Shown here: positions 27,210 to 41,000 of the stretch, piece after piece
Layout: each line of letters opens with the position of its first letter
Position numbering within the stretch: position 1 is the first letter of the stretch
Made by a program: the position numbers and the translations under genes
Assembly (NCBI GenBank): GCA_973895155.1
Contig: OZ316894.1
Span: 929,968-993,967 of the forward strand
Reading direction: 5' to 3'
Length of the DNA stretch: 64,000 bases
From: Marsupella aquatica
Taxonomy: Eukaryota; Plantae; Marchantiophyta
The notes under the pieces: generated by a model
Seen by the model: the letters and a program-made list of their open reading frames with translations, nothing else
Told to the model about the DNA's origin: nothing
Databases searched by the model: none

Positions 27210-27470
27210 TCTAGCTCTGGTGGCCAGGGGATTGGCTTTGGGATTGGAACGTCTCAGGATCAATCCCCTCTCCATGCTCAGGGGTGTGGAGGGTACTAGA
27301 AGTGGGTGTTAGCTGTGTAGTGGGGAAGGTATGCGATGGATTCTCAGCTGGGTTCAGCCCATCCAGGGATCCAACTTGTTATTCTTGAAAGTTCCTTCAG
27401 ATTGTACTTCTTTCCTTTCCCCTCATTGGTTGAACCCTGAGGTTTGTTAGATTGCCACCTTTTTAAGCAT
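27210..27470 (+). mobile_element. tRNA-derived SINE-like element, degenerate
   Basis: A-box-like TAGCTCTGGTGG and B-box-like GGATCAATCCC are followed by TCCATGCTCAGGGGTGTGGAGGG, shared with the 21-22 kb array units. The 3' boundary is approximate. Confidence 0.55.
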
Positions 27471-27530
27471 AAATCCGGGATTGCCTCTCAATCATTCCCA
27501 TGTCGATAGTTAGTGCACAAGATTTCCGAC

Positions 27531-27775
27531 AAGTATGTGATCCCACTGTTGCCACTATTGGTGACCCAATTATTGCCTCTCACTCTCTACTGCCAAGTAT
27601 GTGATCCCACTGTTGCCACTATTGGTGACCCAATTATTGCCTCTCACTCTCTACTGCCCCTCAAATGCGATCGACCGACCACATGAGGGAAGTTTTTGAA
27701 CAGCGCCTTTGATTGTGTGGCCTTGACCACATGAGGGAGATTCTTTGAACAGCGCCTTTGATTGTGTGGCCTTGA
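27531..27775. repeat. Two adjacent tandem duplications (about 65 bp x2 and about 48 bp x2)
   Basis: AAGTATGTGATCCCACTGTTGCC...CTCTCTACTGCC occurs twice. GACCACATGAGGGA...CAGCGCCTTTGATTGTGTGGCCTTGA occurs twice. Confidence 0.9.
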
Positions 27776-29974
27776 GGTACCAAAGGTGCGCTGCTGCATG
27801 CAACCCTGGACATCCAATTTGTGATTTGGAGAACGAGAATCATATGTAGATTTGATATTGACTTTGATTAAAACCTTGATACAAGAAAATGAGTGACAAC
27901 CTGGTAATTTATGCAAAAGAGGTGACTATAATAACGGACACTTCAGTCATTGGATTATATAAAGATTTTTGTCTTTTATGGTGAAACTGAAGCCCCATCT
28001 TATTTATAAATCTGCAACTACAAGCTAGAGTTGGGGCCTAGGTTTCTAGAGTGAAACCTCTAGATCATAACTCCATGGTTCATCATGTGTAATGATGAGA
28101 AAATTAATGTGTGTGATGTATGTCATATCAAATGATAATCATGATTGCTTTTTGTTATGATTTCTATGGCCCCACCATATTATATGTGCATAAGTGGGAT
28201 GTAGGATAGAAAAACTAGGGATATATGTGCATAGAAAAGAGTACTATGGTATGTTATGTCTAATTATTAAAATGATGATATGCATGATAATTTTTTTTAT
28301 CATTTCATTAACCTTCAAAATATGTGAATAATGAATATATTTTGGTGACATTTTTATTGTCCTCCCCGCTATTCACGTTCAAAGAACGGGTAGTCGAGGC
28401 TAGTGGACCTAAATGTTTGTCAAAATGACCAGATGGGTCCTCCCCACCCACACTCGAGACGTATTAATTTGATCAACTGTGCAATTTGTATGTTAATTAT
28501 TCTGTGGATGACGCTAATAAATGGTAAGCAGGATTACTGATCGACCTTGTGGGGGGCGGTGGGGGGGGGGGGGGGGCGACCTTGTACTCAAACAGCACTT
28601 TCAGACTTGTTCTGGTCAACAGTAACCTGGTCCACTCGGGCTGCAAGGTTATAAAATGGTCCATCCAAGCATTCCTTTCTTGTATGGTAGAGACTACTTT
28701 GAAATCCTGACTGAGCTCCAAGGGTTTGCATGATGATGCCAAATCTTTTACACATGAAATAATTTACCCTCAGCCGTCAGACCTGGACGAGCAGATCTGG
28801 ACAAGCAAATAATCTACCCTCAGCCATCAGACCTGGGCGAGCAGATCCAGCGGCCCATAGTAGTTGTGCATAGTCCACAACGACTGCTACAGCATACAAC
28901 AAGATACCCTGTTAGATCTTTCTCTTTTAAAACTGTTTTTATGCAAAAGACTAAATTTTGACACTGCTATAATGGCCAATCCACTTTTCAATGTTTTGTC
29001 TTACTAAGAATTTTTGTTATATATTTTTTACTGTGCCTTAACAAGGTGCTCTACTTGTATAATTTAGACTTTAGATTACTTTGGCACCCGTCTAAGTGTT
29101 TGTTTATCTTCCTATGCTAGGGATCTCATTCCCCACTACATTTAGTTTTCAGTGTAGTGCATTCAACCCCTTTACCAGATTTAATGGAATTTCTGCCAAT
29201 TCTAGTGAATGAGAGAGAGAATTAATGCTTTGAGGTGTGGACTCCTCCCGCTCTAAGTACTCCTCAAACTTTTATTTGCTAAGCTTATGGTTTCTATTGT
29301 CATTACCTAATGCAAGAGGGTATCTCTTGTACCTTATTTGCACAATTTTTGATTGATTTGATGTGTCATTAAAGCAAATGAGAATCTGTACCTTATGTGC
29401 ACTATTTATTTTTCAAGACTGGTGCACTTGTACTTTTCTTGGTCATTATATTACATGTACTTTTATTTGGTATGTGTTGTCTTTTTCTCACTTAATCGTA
29501 TCAAATACTATGCAATAGTCATTTACACATCACTACAAGACAGAAAATGAAACATGATGTTCCAGAATGAACATGGTATATTAGAACTGTTTTTATGCAA
29601 AATACAATTTACATCTTGCCTTAGTATAAATGGTTTCTACACAATATAGGATGAGATCTCTTCTTTTTTGTAATTTGTTTATATGCCTCAATGCCATACA
29701 CAATGAGATTTCCCAGTCTGTCTGTGAGGAAGAGCTCTTGTTATTACTGTAGTCCACATGGTCAGCTACTCTTCTCTTCAGCCAAAATGAAGGGAAGAGG
29801 GATTTCATGGCGCAGATCTCTGCTCAATTATGAAATTCTCCTGCACAGATGGCAACCTTTCTAGGAATGTTGGTGCTATGCTGTGTTGTAGTAGTAGAGT
29901 GCAAATCTCTACATTTCACTGGCTCCGGCATTTGGCTACCTTTGGTGATGGTCAAATGGTGACAGGAAAGAACC

Positions 29975-30665
29975 CTCTTTGGTCTTCTTTGGGTCTTTCC
30001 CGGGGTCTTTCCCTTTTCTTCCTTTACTGGGTCTTTTTCCCTTTGGGATCTGGGGTCCTGGTTGGTGCTTTTGTCCTTTGACAGTGTGACTTTATTGGAT
30101 CTTTTTGCCTTTGGGATCTGGTGTCCCCATTTGGTGCTTTTGTCCTATTGACAATGTGACATATATCTCTTCTTGATGGGATGGCCAGATATGGGGATCT
30201 CCTGGCAGAGTGCAAAGATTGTAGGGGCCAGATATTGGGTTAGAGCACCCCCAACTCTATTGATTAACTCTCGGACGCTCATCAGTCTTGCAAGTCAATC
30301 CAGCATTAGAGGCAAATGATAGTTTCACTGCCTCTCTCAGCCCAGTAGGTGTTTAGTCTACTCTGCTTTTCAGTGGACTTTTATTCTTTCATTGTTTTGG
30401 GGGACTTAGCTTGTTGGGCCTCAGTCTTTGGTCTTCCTTGGGTGTTCCCCTTTCCTTCCCTTCATTGGGTCTTTTTGCCTTTGGGATCACGTGTCCTGCT
30501 TTGGTGCTTTTGTGACACTGTGGTATAGGTAGATAGTCATCTCTTCTTGCTGAGATATGTTTTTAGTCAATTCCTGGCAGGGCCAAGCCACCAACGCTTG
30601 GGATCTTCCGGCCAAGTGCAAAGATTGTGGGATCACATATTGGGTTAGAGCATCCCACGCGACTT
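29975..30665. repeat. Diverged local duplication of about 250 bp (29975-30260 versus 30425-30665)
   Basis: Shared blocks are GGGTCTTTTT(C/G)CCTTTGGGATC, TTGGTGCTTTTGT and GTGCAAAGATTGT...ATATTGGGTTAGAGCA. Confidence 0.7.
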
Positions 30666-31429
30666 GCTATATGCGACCTGCTATTTGAGTGGATAGGGGG
30701 CCCAAGCTTAGTATGATGTTTTGGTGGGAGTGCCCTTACTAGCCCTATCCCCACTTGACTCTGTATTTATAGGCGGTAGAACTCAGCCACCAAAGTGTTG
30801 TTGAGCTACCATGGTGTTTTACACAGTTTGGAGGTGCAAACAATCTGCTTCCCGTGAAAGTGGACACAACAAGTTTGAACATTTGAACACTTTCAAAACC
30901 ATCACATTGACATCATGAGGAGCATTGGATCAGGATTGCAAAAAGATTGCCAGAACATGTCATTTCTTCTTACACTTTACATGCATATCATTCCTTCGTA
31001 CACTTTACATGCATCTCACAATGCCAAAATTCAAGCACATTACTTCAAATTTGAACACAACACCACATTTCAAACACAGTGCCACAAGTCCAAAAAATGG
31101 AAACATTGACTTCAAACTCAAACACAGTGCCCTGGACGCTATATTCAAATAGAGCGCCCCTTGGCTCACTATTCGAATATAGCGCCCGGGCCTTGTGTTC
31201 AGGGGAAGATGGTAGCATTGCACACACTTGGCCCAATGAACTAAAGTATTCACCATTCTTCTTCCTGAGTGTGCAGCTTTCCCCAACAATCGCTTCAAAG
31301 TTGTGGTTGCAATTTGACATAATTTCATGTTGCCTCTCTACTGCAGATGCACTCAACTGGCAGCACAGGATTTTCTCCTCTGCTTCACGCAGACTCAGCC
31401 TGCACCTGACCCAAGAGAGCTTTAGGCTA

Positions 31430-31729
31430 GGGGTCTCACTATTTGGAGCCCCCCCCCCCACCAACATCACTTGCGATGTTTTTAGGTCAGGTACACCCTC
31501 AAACTTGAAAAAAAAGTTTCAAAAATTGTTATACCCTTGTTAATTTGGAATATTCATGCAATATTACAAAATTTGGTTTTTGTGATCGTTCTTTATAAGT
31601 CTCAAGATCAGATTTAAATGACCCTAAAGTTCACAAACCAAAGGGCAAGTTTTCCCTGGCTTAGAACCAAAAAAACAACCCTAATGCTTTGTTACACGTG
31701 AGATGTCATTTTTGCATAAGTGAAACCCC
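31430..31729. mobile_element. MITE-like element, copy 2
   Basis: TIRs GGGGTCTCACT / AGTGAAACCCC, 300 bp. Shares CATCAC(C/T)TGCGA, AAGTCTCAA and CACGTGA(G/T)ATG(T/C)CATTTTTG with 19583-19858. Confidence 0.7.
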
Positions 31730-33129
31730 TGAGGCTTTAGGTTAGCCATAGCCACTATTGCAGCTTGAGAGGCATGGCACATAGCAGGCCGAAGGCATTA
31801 CCGGGGGCATTAAAAAAGGACAAGGTCAGCCACTGGCTCATAGAATTAAGGAATAAGTTTGACCTTAACTTTACAGGGGTCCTGTCGAAAGCGAGATGAG
31901 GTTAATGTTCCAGTTCTACATCCTCCCCCATGAACTTCCATTTCCTTCCAAAGCCTTCATGCCAGGGGGCTCACTAGCTCCACAACCACAACCAAGTGAA
32001 GAACAGCAAGTAGCGGCAAGTGAGGAATAAGCCATGTGCTTCTTTTGCCAATGAATAGTCACTCCATTCCCTGTCCTACCCTTCTCTTTGGGTCCTTGGA
32101 AGCTCATTTTCAGTTGAGTGTAAATGAATGCCTAAGATAGTGCAAAAGAATATTATCTCATTTCCGTTTACTTTTTTGAATTTCATATTTGACTTGACCT
32201 TCCAATTTTGACTTAGAATGCACTATTATACACTAAGCCCTAGACTTTTACCTAAGTTACTGCCCAGGTATACTAGCCCTACATCCCTATTCCTTACCTT
32301 GGTGTGCAATCTACAGAATTACCTTGATATCTGGATAAAATTCTTTGATCCCATGGAGTAGTTTATTACCTCACCTATCCAGCACTGGTAGGGACCTAGA
32401 AGACTGGTTTATAAAAGGAAAAAAAATCTCAGGCTAAATGACTTTGAACAATAGCTTAGTTTGTTACCTCACCTTTATTAGACAAGTACACTTGAAACCC
32501 TATATCTGCCCAATTTGTCGAGACCTGGGAGGCTACCTTTGTTAGAGCATCTCTAACCTTAGTGGGTTTTGGTCCATTAAATACCCAGTCTGGGGCAGTC
32601 CTTTTTTTTTTACTGTATTTAGCTATCTTGGCCAATTGAAACAGCCCCAACTTTCATTGAATAATATTACTAAATAGTAGAGATCACTTCTAGTGACCAC
32701 AGATCAAAATCTTGAACCCAAATGACAAACCCACTGGAAAATCAACTAGGCTATTGGGTGAAGATTTTCATATATATGCACCGATTAATTAAGCAGAAAA
32801 CAGAGTCTATGAAAATTTGATACCTTTACACCCAATGCGTTGGACCTGACTTTTTGCATTTTCTTATTGGGTTTGGTCAGCAGCACCTACTACTCTGACC
32901 AAACCCAATAGCCTAAACCCAATAGGGCTAGGGTTGGAGATGCTCTTAGGCACTGATATTTGAAACCATATACACACCCAACACTGGGCGAAACCTGGGT
33001 GGCCCCTTTAAAAAAGGGAAAAAGAAAAATGAGCTTGAGGCCCCCCCTTGGAAAAGAAAGAAAGAAAGAGAATTCGGAGAGTTGGGGTCCACACGCAAGC
33101 GCATGATACCTTTGCCAACTTGCCAGCAA

Positions 33130-33238
33130 ATCGTCTATACAACTGCTGAGGCCTAAAAATGGCATCCCATTCCATAAAGTCATATCGTCTATACAACTGC
33201 TGAGGCCTAAAAATGGCATCCCATTCCATAAAGTCATA
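33130..33238. repeat. Exact two-copy tandem duplication of about 54 bp
   Basis: TCGTCTATACAACTGCTGAGGCCTAAAAATGGCATCCCATTCCATAAAGTCATA occurs twice. Confidence 0.9.
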
Positions 33239-34539
33239 AACCACTGGTCCCGAACATTCATCATGATAAACGTTACAATAAGATGATTGCACTACGCATC
33301 GTGCCCTGGCCACTGCAAACAAACTAGGCACATGGGGATCCCCTCTAAGGCTCTAATCCTGGCGTGTTGAGAAGTTAAGTTCCTTTGCCATGCCATAACT
33401 TATGTTTTGTACATTAATCAATTCTATTTCTCCTCAAGCAGAATCCAGCTCCTCCGACTAATGTGGTGCTTCATTCCGATCCTTTAACTTAGAGAGAGTA
33501 AAGACAACATTTTGACAATAGAAAATAATTAACAAACGAAGACAATGATCAATTGGCGCGCACATAGAAATGCCAGATAATGCTCAATGGGCAATCTGGA
33601 CTAAAGGGTAAAATTATTGCGAAAGGCTGAATCGAACAAATTTTGTTTCCATCTGAGAGTGAGCTATCTCTGGCGCTGCACATGAGAGACCAAGAGTCCA
33701 TTACCCAGATCAAGTAATCATCAACAAACGCAAGGGGTACAAATTAATCTTGGGTGTGGATGTTTGGTGTGGAAGGGGTCTCTAATAACAGCTAGGAAGA
33801 AGTCCTACAATCATTCGCAATCATGGTGGTGGGCTACGAGAGATCCACTCACCTAAGTCGATGATCGACGGAAATACATGGGCTACAGCTTGCTGATGCT
33901 TTGCTCCCCAGCGCCCACGACAAACTAGACATCAGATTTTGGACTCTGAGGATCTTGGACCGATGTCCTTTCTACTTTGTTCAATATAGATTTTGTCCAT
34001 TCGATGCATCGCAAAACCCCGATATCGAGAAGGCAATTCTAAGTTCGCCAATGGCAATGGCAATAGAGGGATAGTGATCACTCCCCAAGAATGAGAGAGC
34101 ATAAGTTCTCAGACCATAAATGTACTAATGAAAGTCTTGGTTGAGGTGGTGGGGCGGTGCTCTTAATCCCGGAAAACTAGTGACCATAAATTCTCCCAGT
34201 CACAGATTGAATGAGGTAGTGGGACTCGGCTATAAACTTAAGTTGTTTCATTCTGTCCCCGCAGAACTGCTGGTGCCTAGGAGAGCAAGCACATCCCAAA
34301 ATCTTTCTGGCAGTTCCAGCCCCATTCGAACCCTGAGTAATTGAATTCAGAGACAATGCTCAACTCACTCCGGATCAAACTCACTCCGGATCCGTGTCTA
34401 AATAACTCACCTGATTTGGCCATCGTAAATACAACTCTAGTAGCTCACTACATTGAAATCCGAAAATTGGTGGGCCTTTGAGAGAGGAACAATTTTTAGT
34501 TTTCAAGAACGGCTCGTCGGTTAACATGCTCTTGACCTC

Positions 34540-35240
34540 CAGTGATACCATTCTAGCCCACTTTATTAATTCTGGAAACTTTTGGACTGAATGCTTGGCA
34601 GAATTGGTAGTCCGCACGTAGCCTGAGATTCTATATCGTCTGAGCTCCTGGATAGTATTAGATGTTGGAATTAGTCAACCCGTATTGGCCCACTCTGTTA
34701 TTTCTGGAAAAGTTCTGAACTGAATGATTTTGAAGAATTGGGAGTCAAGTGTAACTTAATATGAGATCGAGTATACCGTTTGAGCTGAAGGATAGTATTA
34801 GATGCTGGAATTAGTCAAGTCATGCCATTCTAGCTCACTTCTCGAAAGCGTCTGAACTGAGTGCTTTGCAGATCGAATTGGTAGTCATACCTAGCCTACT
34901 ATGACTTTTGAGCTGGTGGATAATGTTCGCTGGAATTGGTCAGGTGACGCCATTCTAGCCCTTCATTAGTTTGGAAAACGTCCGAACTTAATGCTTTTCA
35001 GAATTGGTGGTCGTCGTCGTACGTAGCCTAATATGACTTCGATTATTATTATATCATTTGAGCTGGTGGATGATCTTAGACGCTGGAATTAGTCAAGTGC
35101 TGCCATTCTAAGCCCTTCCTGTTTCTAGAAAACGTCTGGACTGACTGCTTTGCATTGATAGTCATACGTAGCGTGATATGACTTCGATTGTATCAGTTTA
35201 GCTGGTGAATAACATTAGACCGTGCAATCAGTCAACCCAG
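34540..35240. repeat. Old degenerate tandem array, about 5 units of 125-155 bp
   Basis: Recurrent blocks are GAGCT..TGGATA.TATTAGA.GCTGGAATTAGTCAAG, GCCATTCTAGCCC, CTGAACTGAATGCTTT and GAATTGGTAGTC...CGTAGCCT. Confidence 0.8.
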
Positions 35241-36436
35241 TAAAGAGGAAAGACTGTCCAATGGCGGGACCAATTTAACCTGTGCTCTAAGTGATAACAC
35301 GCGACACGCAACAGCGGGATCCGCCCCAAGATGTCTCCGTTTCAAGTTTGCAAACTTTCCTAGCAAATTGGGTTTCAAGAAAGATCCACATGGTGACTCA
35401 ACTATACCGTAATTTATGGCATTCAAGCCTATGGCCTTCGTCCTGCAAAGGTCGTGCTCTCACTACTGTTGCAAAATGATTGTATCGATCATGTATACAA
35501 TCTAAAAATGAATTGGATGGAAACGGTTGACCAAACAGTGGAGAGAAACCAGCCTGTTGATGCTCTTGACATTTGCATATGCGACAGGACGTTGGAACTA
35601 GCTAACCCACAAACGACATGAGAACTCGCTACTCCTTCAAACTGGAACTGAAAGGTCTAACTGTTCAACATCTATGCTAGCTTCTCTGCAGCTTGACACT
35701 AGAATACCCCGTAAACAGCAATTACGTCTTAGACAGACAGAATTCTTGATTACAAGGTCAATTGTATCGAGACTAGATTATTTCCCAGGCAATTTGCGGG
35801 AAGCAACTACATTTCCACGCTGTTTGCACTGTGGGGCGGTGAGAATCGGGCTATAGCCGGTTCTAGTGAATGGGGATTGTATGATACAATAAATTGAGTC
35901 GCAGTTCTTGCTCTCTACCAATACAGGAGAACATTCTCAGGCGACGACTTGATCCTTTCCACAGCTTGTAGGATAGAACACTGTGAAGGTTTCACCTAGT
36001 CCACCGAGCTGGCAATGTAGCTGGTGACTCGGAACTACCACTCCTGCTTTGATTTCTCAGCTGCGTGGGAGGTAGTTGAGATTGAAGCAACATTCTAAAG
36101 ACCGCTAAGAAAGTCAAATTTCAGGCCTACTCACTGAAATCTGCAGCACTGTCCATCTGCCAGGTGCTCCTTTGTCCGTGTCGAAGCACTGCTAGGGTCC
36201 GCGTGATCTGCTCCCAGCTTGATTTACAATAACGTCGCTATCTCGAACGGCAGTCCACCAAAGGCAATTGTTCATTTCCATTGAGCAGAGAAATATCTTG
36301 TTCCGTTCTAAGAATTCGTGGTTCTGCAAACATGGCGAAATCGTCGAGCTTTCGGCTGTGCGGGCAATTCTTGAAGAAGGGTACGCAGGCCGCGGCCACC
36401 GTTCTTCGATTTCGTCCATGCCATAAGTTCTGCCAT

Positions 36437-38070
36437 TTATTCAGGAGTTCTTCGAACTGCTACCCGGCCTCCTCCTGCCTTGACTTGTTGCATGCCAGTT
36501 TGGCTCCGTCGCTGCCTTTTGAGACCATCTCCATCGACGCCCTCTTCATCTTCCACCAGCGACGGAGACCTCGTCTTCCTCCTCGCTCTCTGGCTCGTCG
36601 CACCATCTCGAGCAAATTCCCCTTCGTCCTCTCCCACCAATTGAAAACTCTTCCCTCTCGGCATCTGCTTTGTCTGACCATCTTGATCATCTCCGTTTTC
36701 ATCTATTTCCACCAATTGAACACTTGAATTCCTCCCCTGCTCAGACGAATCCTCTGGCTTTTGCTCGTCAGAACTTAGCTGCTGCTGCCGGGCGTCGCGA
36801 CATCGCATGACTTTCAATCGCTTTGTCATGGTAGCCGACATGGCATGATTTATAAAAGGACGTTGCGCTCGGTACATCATAAAATGCTGATCCTTTATGT
36901 TATCCAGAGCCACTAAGTATGCAGTTTGGGTCTCCAAGGGGGCAGGCATTGACGGATCTCGAAGCTCATACTGCAAACGCCATGTGATGGTGCTTGAGCT
37001 CTCTCCAAGGACTTCGTGGGGGATCACGTTGATGAACATAAAATAGAGGTGGTAGCGTTTGTGATACCTTCCACCGACACATCTCGCAGCGTACATACGG
37101 GATTTCTCATCCCTGACTTCTACTTTGTGGATCAGGTACCTTTCATCGGTTGTATCTGGAAACAAAGATAATTGTTCACAGACTGGTGACAAACCACCAT
37201 CAGACACCAATGTTAGATTTCGATACGGAGAATCAATATAGCGAAAACAACGGAATAGAGAATTTGGTGCACGCACAGAAAGGCATAGTCCGGACGTCAG
37301 TTCCTCCACTGGGATTGTAAGAACTTCTGCAACAAGCCCTGGAAGCTAAATACACTTTGGGACATCCACTTAACGACTGCTGTTTTTCACGAGTGCCGGC
37401 GATAGAGCTGTTCTAAGCCAGGTGCATAGATATAACGACAACAGAACTTCACAAATTACCACCTGTTTCTTTCCCTTTCCCCTACCTTGTCAACTCCAAA
37501 ATCCCACTTTCATTCACTATTTCGCTAAAATGAATCTTTCGGATGTTTTTGAGGCATGACCCGGATCTTTCAAAGTAAAATTAGCATTCAATAAAAATCA
37601 GCCCGCTGGTGGGATTAGTATTCCCTATCCAAGCAATATTGGAGCTTTTTTCCAACTGCCAGCTACACCGCTAACTGAAGCTTAAGGAATCCGGAAATTA
37701 ACTCACATTTCACGGAGTAATTTGCGAGGTAGACACTTCCAATGGCTCCATCACCCTCAAGGTAATCAAAGTAAGCAAGGACGCCTTTGCCGCGAGCCAG
37801 ATTGGCGATGTTCCTGTGGTCGCGAATGTTCTCCCAAGCTGCTGAAACCGGCACATCACGCAACTCCTTAGAAAATTGCAGGAACTGCGGACCGGACTTC
37901 TTATCCAATTTTACCTTTCGAAAACTTGCTCCAGTCAGCTTCGGCGCCGCCCTGCTGTCGATTTCGAACGAACCTGAGGACTCGACCAAGGAGCCCGAGT
38001 CCGACTCCGTCATTGAGTAGGGCAAGGACTCGGTATCAGAACTGTCAATATTCATCGAGTGTTGATCCAT
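36437..38070 (-). CDS. Bet v 1/SRPBCC (START-like) fold protein with N-terminal Ser/acidic and C-terminal charged extensions; exons 38070-37707 and 37155-36437
   Basis: Exon 1 has VPVSAAWENIRD and a glycine-rich loop LEGDGAIGSVY. A phase-1 intron GTGAGT...TTTGTTTCCAG joins NYSVK|YTTDERYLIHKVEVRDE...SSSTITWRLQYE, the usual strand pattern of this fold. The start codon and 3' end are uncertain. Confidence 0.7.
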
Positions 38071-41000
38071 GACTGCGCTCTGGAGCAACCGCTTCTGGGT
38101 GTGGCAAGTACAGTTTGCTCAATCAGGGACCTTCCTTCATGCGAAATTGACATACGGGAAGAAGCAGGTAATGGCTCACCATCCACCCTAGTCGATATAG
38201 TGTTCCCAATGAAAATGCAACTGCAATCGAATGCGTTGTTCAAGAGAAAAGGGATACCGTGTGACCAGTCAATTTCATCAACGAGAAGCTCCGTTTGTGA
38301 TCGCCCACGCGGCGTCGGGTCAGTCAGCACTGCGAACAATGAGTACCCAGAGGAGTCCCTGAGGGCACAATCACAGACTCCTCCGCAGCGGAATGCTGTC
38401 AGCCCAAAATTTCCCTGCTCCCACGATGAATGTTTCACACGGAGGTTCTTACCATTGTTTGACCCTAAAACCAGGTGAGCAAAGATTCTCGTCGGCCCTA
38501 TTCAACGCCGCATCCTCGATCTATTCAGCCTACCGCAGCACACTTTCAGCTGGAGCTTAGCTTTGAGGCCACAGAAGGCGACTGTATCATGACGTGCTAG
38601 TGCAGCAAGCACTGAGTCCTCTGCGGGTGGATCTCAACATCCATGGCCCCAGATTCTCACATTAAGTCTCCAATTCTCCGCAATATCCGATATGCTTTGA
38701 AGGCTAAGCACAAGAATACATTTCCTCGTCTGATTCTAGCTCCTGGTGAGTTGCAAGTCTCCTACGAATTTCAGAATCGCACTCAGGTGGAATCCCCTTC
38801 ATGCTACCACTGTCCGCTCAGTTGGTGCTATGAAATGAAGAAGAATTTGGGAATGACGTCACCGATTTCCAAAGGTGAAGTACTCCAGCACACGACGGCG
38901 CGGCAACTGGGTAATCCTCTGGAGCTGGAAATCAGGAGAGCAGAGGAATGCAGTGGTGACAGCATCAATGCCCCTATCCTCGATGCCCTATTTCTTCAAT
39001 GCCCGAGCTCTTCCCATGCTGTAAAGAATCTGCAGAAAGGTACTCCCCATTGGCTGACACTACTACCGTCTCGTCGCCAGGTGATCTGGAAATCTCGCGT
39101 GGGCAGGCAGCTCCTGCATTCGCGATGTTTATCAAGCTCCCAAGCTCTTTCCCAGTCAGAGCTCAGCTATGTGTACAGCAAAAGAACGTCACCGTTTCCA
39201 CTAGTGAGGAGCCGAAGAGTGGAGAACGCCCTCTTCAAGCTTTAGCTTCTGATGGACGATTATTCCCTTCCTCTCCGATTCCCCATGATATGCGCTTCAC
39301 CCGTTTCCAACCAGACACCTTGCAATCCCAGAGCTTCGAGGAAATCGGGGAAACCACGATTGTGCAAGTTGTCGGCCTAGTGCCCAAGTTCCAGACCGAC
39401 CAAAATTAGTAACTATTCCCACTTCGCTTCAATCTCCATCACCTCTCTCTCTCTCTTTCGCTTCCTCAATGTTTACAACTCGCTGTCAAAAAACCTTTCC
39501 TGATCTGCCTGCGCTCTGCACGGGATGTCCCCACTCCATCGCCATAGGCCTGTTCTCGAGCTCTGTTGTACGGAGCACCACAGCGGATGGCTTTTTCTAT
39601 CCTTAATCTATTCAGTGGTCAGCATTTTCCTTTTTGCAATGTCGGTTTGGGCTACTCTCAATTGGCTCTAGATTTCAGCCGATTCTCCATGTGCATTTTC
39701 CGGGATTAAAGTTTGATTGGCAGCTGCTACACTCGATTTCGGTGCCAAGATTCTCCCCCCATCGATTCGTTCCCCTTTTTCATTCATCATCACCCTTTCA
39801 GGATGTCGCTGGAAGGGCTAATAATAATAAAAAGAAGTGCTGGAAAGGAGGCTGGACCAGGGAACGCGCTCCATTGTGCTTTATGGGCCCATTTTTAGTA
39901 AATCCGTCCCTTTGCCAAGGAAAATCAAACTTGGGTTACCACTTGAATTGTTTGATCCCCACCTAGGTGGGCACTTACTGTGCCCAGTACTCTGCGGAGG
40001 AGTCCATGGAGCGCACCATCACCACACAAAAGTTCACCTACCCTTTGCATATATACCAAGCGAAGTCCTGCTGATTAATAATGCAATCCCTAATGAGGCC
40101 TGTACTGCAGTTTGCAAGAGAAGAATATCATCTTGGGTGTTGTCCCCATTTCGTGGGCCACCCTCTTTGAATTTCAATGAATTTCAATTTGATGTTTCAA
40201 AGCAAAGAAAGAAAAGAATATCATAGTTGTGGGAGTGTTAGAGCACTCCCATAGGTGCACACCAAACAGTCCTGCCCGGGAAGATTTTGGGGGTACACAG
40301 ATGATGGCACAGTGGGGGCTCAAAAATGGCCCGCCAGCTGGCCTTGCTATACTCACTCCCGCCGGACCGATAGTGACACTGGGACTCCTGGGAATGCTTT
40401 TACACTGTTGTGAGTTTGCCCTTTTTTGGTGGATTAGAGTTTGTTCCTTCTTTGTGAGTAAGGTATTCAGTTCAAAAAACTTCTTTGCATTACTTTTAAT
40501 CTGGCCCATCAAATCAATGACTGGGAGTCATGTTGTTCTCTCAAGTTTCTATCTCCACCTAGACTGAGTGTGACCATCTTCCCATGAAAGGAACGCTTGG
40601 TTGCTTTACTTGAATAGAAGCACGGTTCTTTATTCCAATGGAATGCACTGTGGACGCTATTCAAATTCAGGTTGAAACTACCTTTCCCTTTAAAGCGCCA
40701 CTGTCCCCGAACCAAAACCTGGTGGATCCAGGTTACTGCAATAAACCAAAAATTAACTCAAAACAGTAAAAAAAATGCTCTATTTTGTCCTCCCCGAACT
40801 TGGTGGACAGTGGTGGTTTAAAGCTATTTTCAGATTGAGTACTCCTGGTGTCCTATTCAGGGAAGAAAGTAGTCTAAGTTGAATGTCTTACGGGTAATCA
40901 GGTCACCTTTTCCTTGAACCCGTGACCAGACTACTATTGTGGGTGCTTAGTACAACAAGCACTATATTGAATTTTATGGCCAAGTAAAAAAAAAATTGAA

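Noticed and set aside
34583-34600. TTGGACTGAA as miR319/159
   Set aside because: Only 10 nt match, it lies within a tandem repeat unit, and no fold-back precursor is evident.
38643-39409. 200-aa and 136-aa plus-strand ORFs
   Set aside because: No recognisable motifs. They are probably chance ORFs antisense to the upstream region of the Bet v 1-like gene.
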